Assembly: GCA_049942765.1 (NCBI GenBank)
Contig: CP188086.1
Span: 180,001 to 212,000, forward strand
From: Candidatus Saccharimonadota bacterium
Lineage (GTDB): Bacteria > Pseudomonadota > Gammaproteobacteria > Enterobacterales > Enterobacteriaceae
Length of the DNA: 32,000 nucleotides
Direction of reading: 5' to 3'
Every line of letters starts with the position of its first letter. Within the stretch, counting starts at the first letter, position 1. Positions 31,453-32,000 of this stretch are shown here, piece after piece. A program made the position numbers and the translations under genes. The notes under the pieces were generated by a model. The model saw nothing but the letters and a program-made list of their open reading frames with translations, searched no databases and had not been told where the DNA came from.

Positions 31453-32000
31453 TTATTTGTTGTTATTGGGGTAGTATCCTAAAATTTTCATTGATTTAAC
31501 AATTTGTTGTAGTGATGAAAAAAGATTTTTTGTATTTACTAAATATAAATTATATAATACTTCAATATAAATGATTTCTAGTGAATTTTTGTTATCATTT
31601 GCACATAAGATAAAATCATTTATTTTAAAATTATATTTATTAAATATATATGATATTTTTTTTAAATTGTCGTTTTTTTTTATTATTGTTACTAGTAATC
31701 CAGTTACAATATTATTATTATTATTATAATAGTTCATTGTTTTTTTTAGAACGATAAAATGAGTAATATTATGTTTTTTATTACTGATGTTTTTTTTTAG
31801 TACAGTCAAATTATATAATTTTCCACTATTTTTATCACCTAATGTAGCTGCATTATGTTGTTTGTTTAATTTAATGTATTGCATAGCATCGGCAGTGCTG
31901 TTTTTATATTTTATTTTCCAATGACGAAATGTATTGATAAATTTGTTACATTGAATTAATGGTTGTGGATGAGTATAAAGGGTATTTATATTTTTTATAG
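31453..32000 (-). CDS. pheA: bifunctional chorismate mutase / prephenate dehydratase (P-protein), 3' part; 5' part lies beyond the window
   Basis: The track ORF starts at an internal Met (31884), but the frame stays open to the window edge. Manual translation of 31885-32000 gives ..LYTHPQPLIQCNKFINTFRHWKIKYKNSTADA.., matching E. coli PheA ([32 protein letters not shown]). The C-terminus ..IVKSMKILGYYP.. matches ..ITRSMKVLGCYP. Confidence 0.9.
   Translation of the reverse strand, partial: IKNINTLYTHPQPLIQCNKFINTFRHWKIKYKNSTADAMQYIKLNKQHNAATLGDKNSGKLYNLTVLKKNISNKKHNITHFIVLKKTMNYYNNNNNIVTGLLVTIIKKNDNLKKISYIFNKYNFKINDFILCANDNKNSLEIIYIEVLYNLYLVNTKNLFSSLQQIVKSMKILGYYPNNNK

Overview
This window reads as part of a highly reduced, very AT-rich gammaproteobacterial endosymbiont chromosome. 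Protein sequences and local gene order fit Buchnera aphidicola or a very close relative; this is inferred from remembered E. coli and Buchnera sequences and synteny, not from a database search. I can support 25 protein-coding genes, 5 tRNA genes and a few hairpins. Two of the genes are cut by the window edges, one is frameshifted, and one (csrA) is too short to appear in the ORF track. The order is: cysJ(3' end)-cysI-cysH-cysG-cysD-cysN-cysC on +; a 2.17-kb gene-free spacer; eno-pyrG-glnS on -; tRNA-Met/Leu/Gln, rpiA, ygfA and metK on +; gshA, tRNA-Arg, tRNA-Ser, csrA and alaS on -; rluD (+); aroQ (-); tldD (+); rplS-trmD-rimM-rpsP-ffh and pheA(3' part) on -. Everything identifiable is housekeeping or amino-acid/sulfur biosynthesis. 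I found no CRISPR array, transposase, integrase, phage gene, toxin-antitoxin pair or defence-like ORF, and nothing I can defend as a new biological system. Items worth a second look: (1) the ORF-free, extreme-AT 2.17-kb spacer between the convergent cysC and eno, anomalous for so compact a genome; (2) ygfA split by a frameshift inside an 11-A homopolymer, where one extra A restores a full-length, well-conserved C-terminus; (3) the spacer upstream of ygfA, where E. coli carries 6S RNA; (4) a PheA regulatory domain lacking the GALV/ESRP phenylalanine-sensing motifs; (5) all five tRNA genes lacking an encoded CCA; (6) long homopolymers inside intact essential genes. All composition statements are by eye; I computed no statistics.
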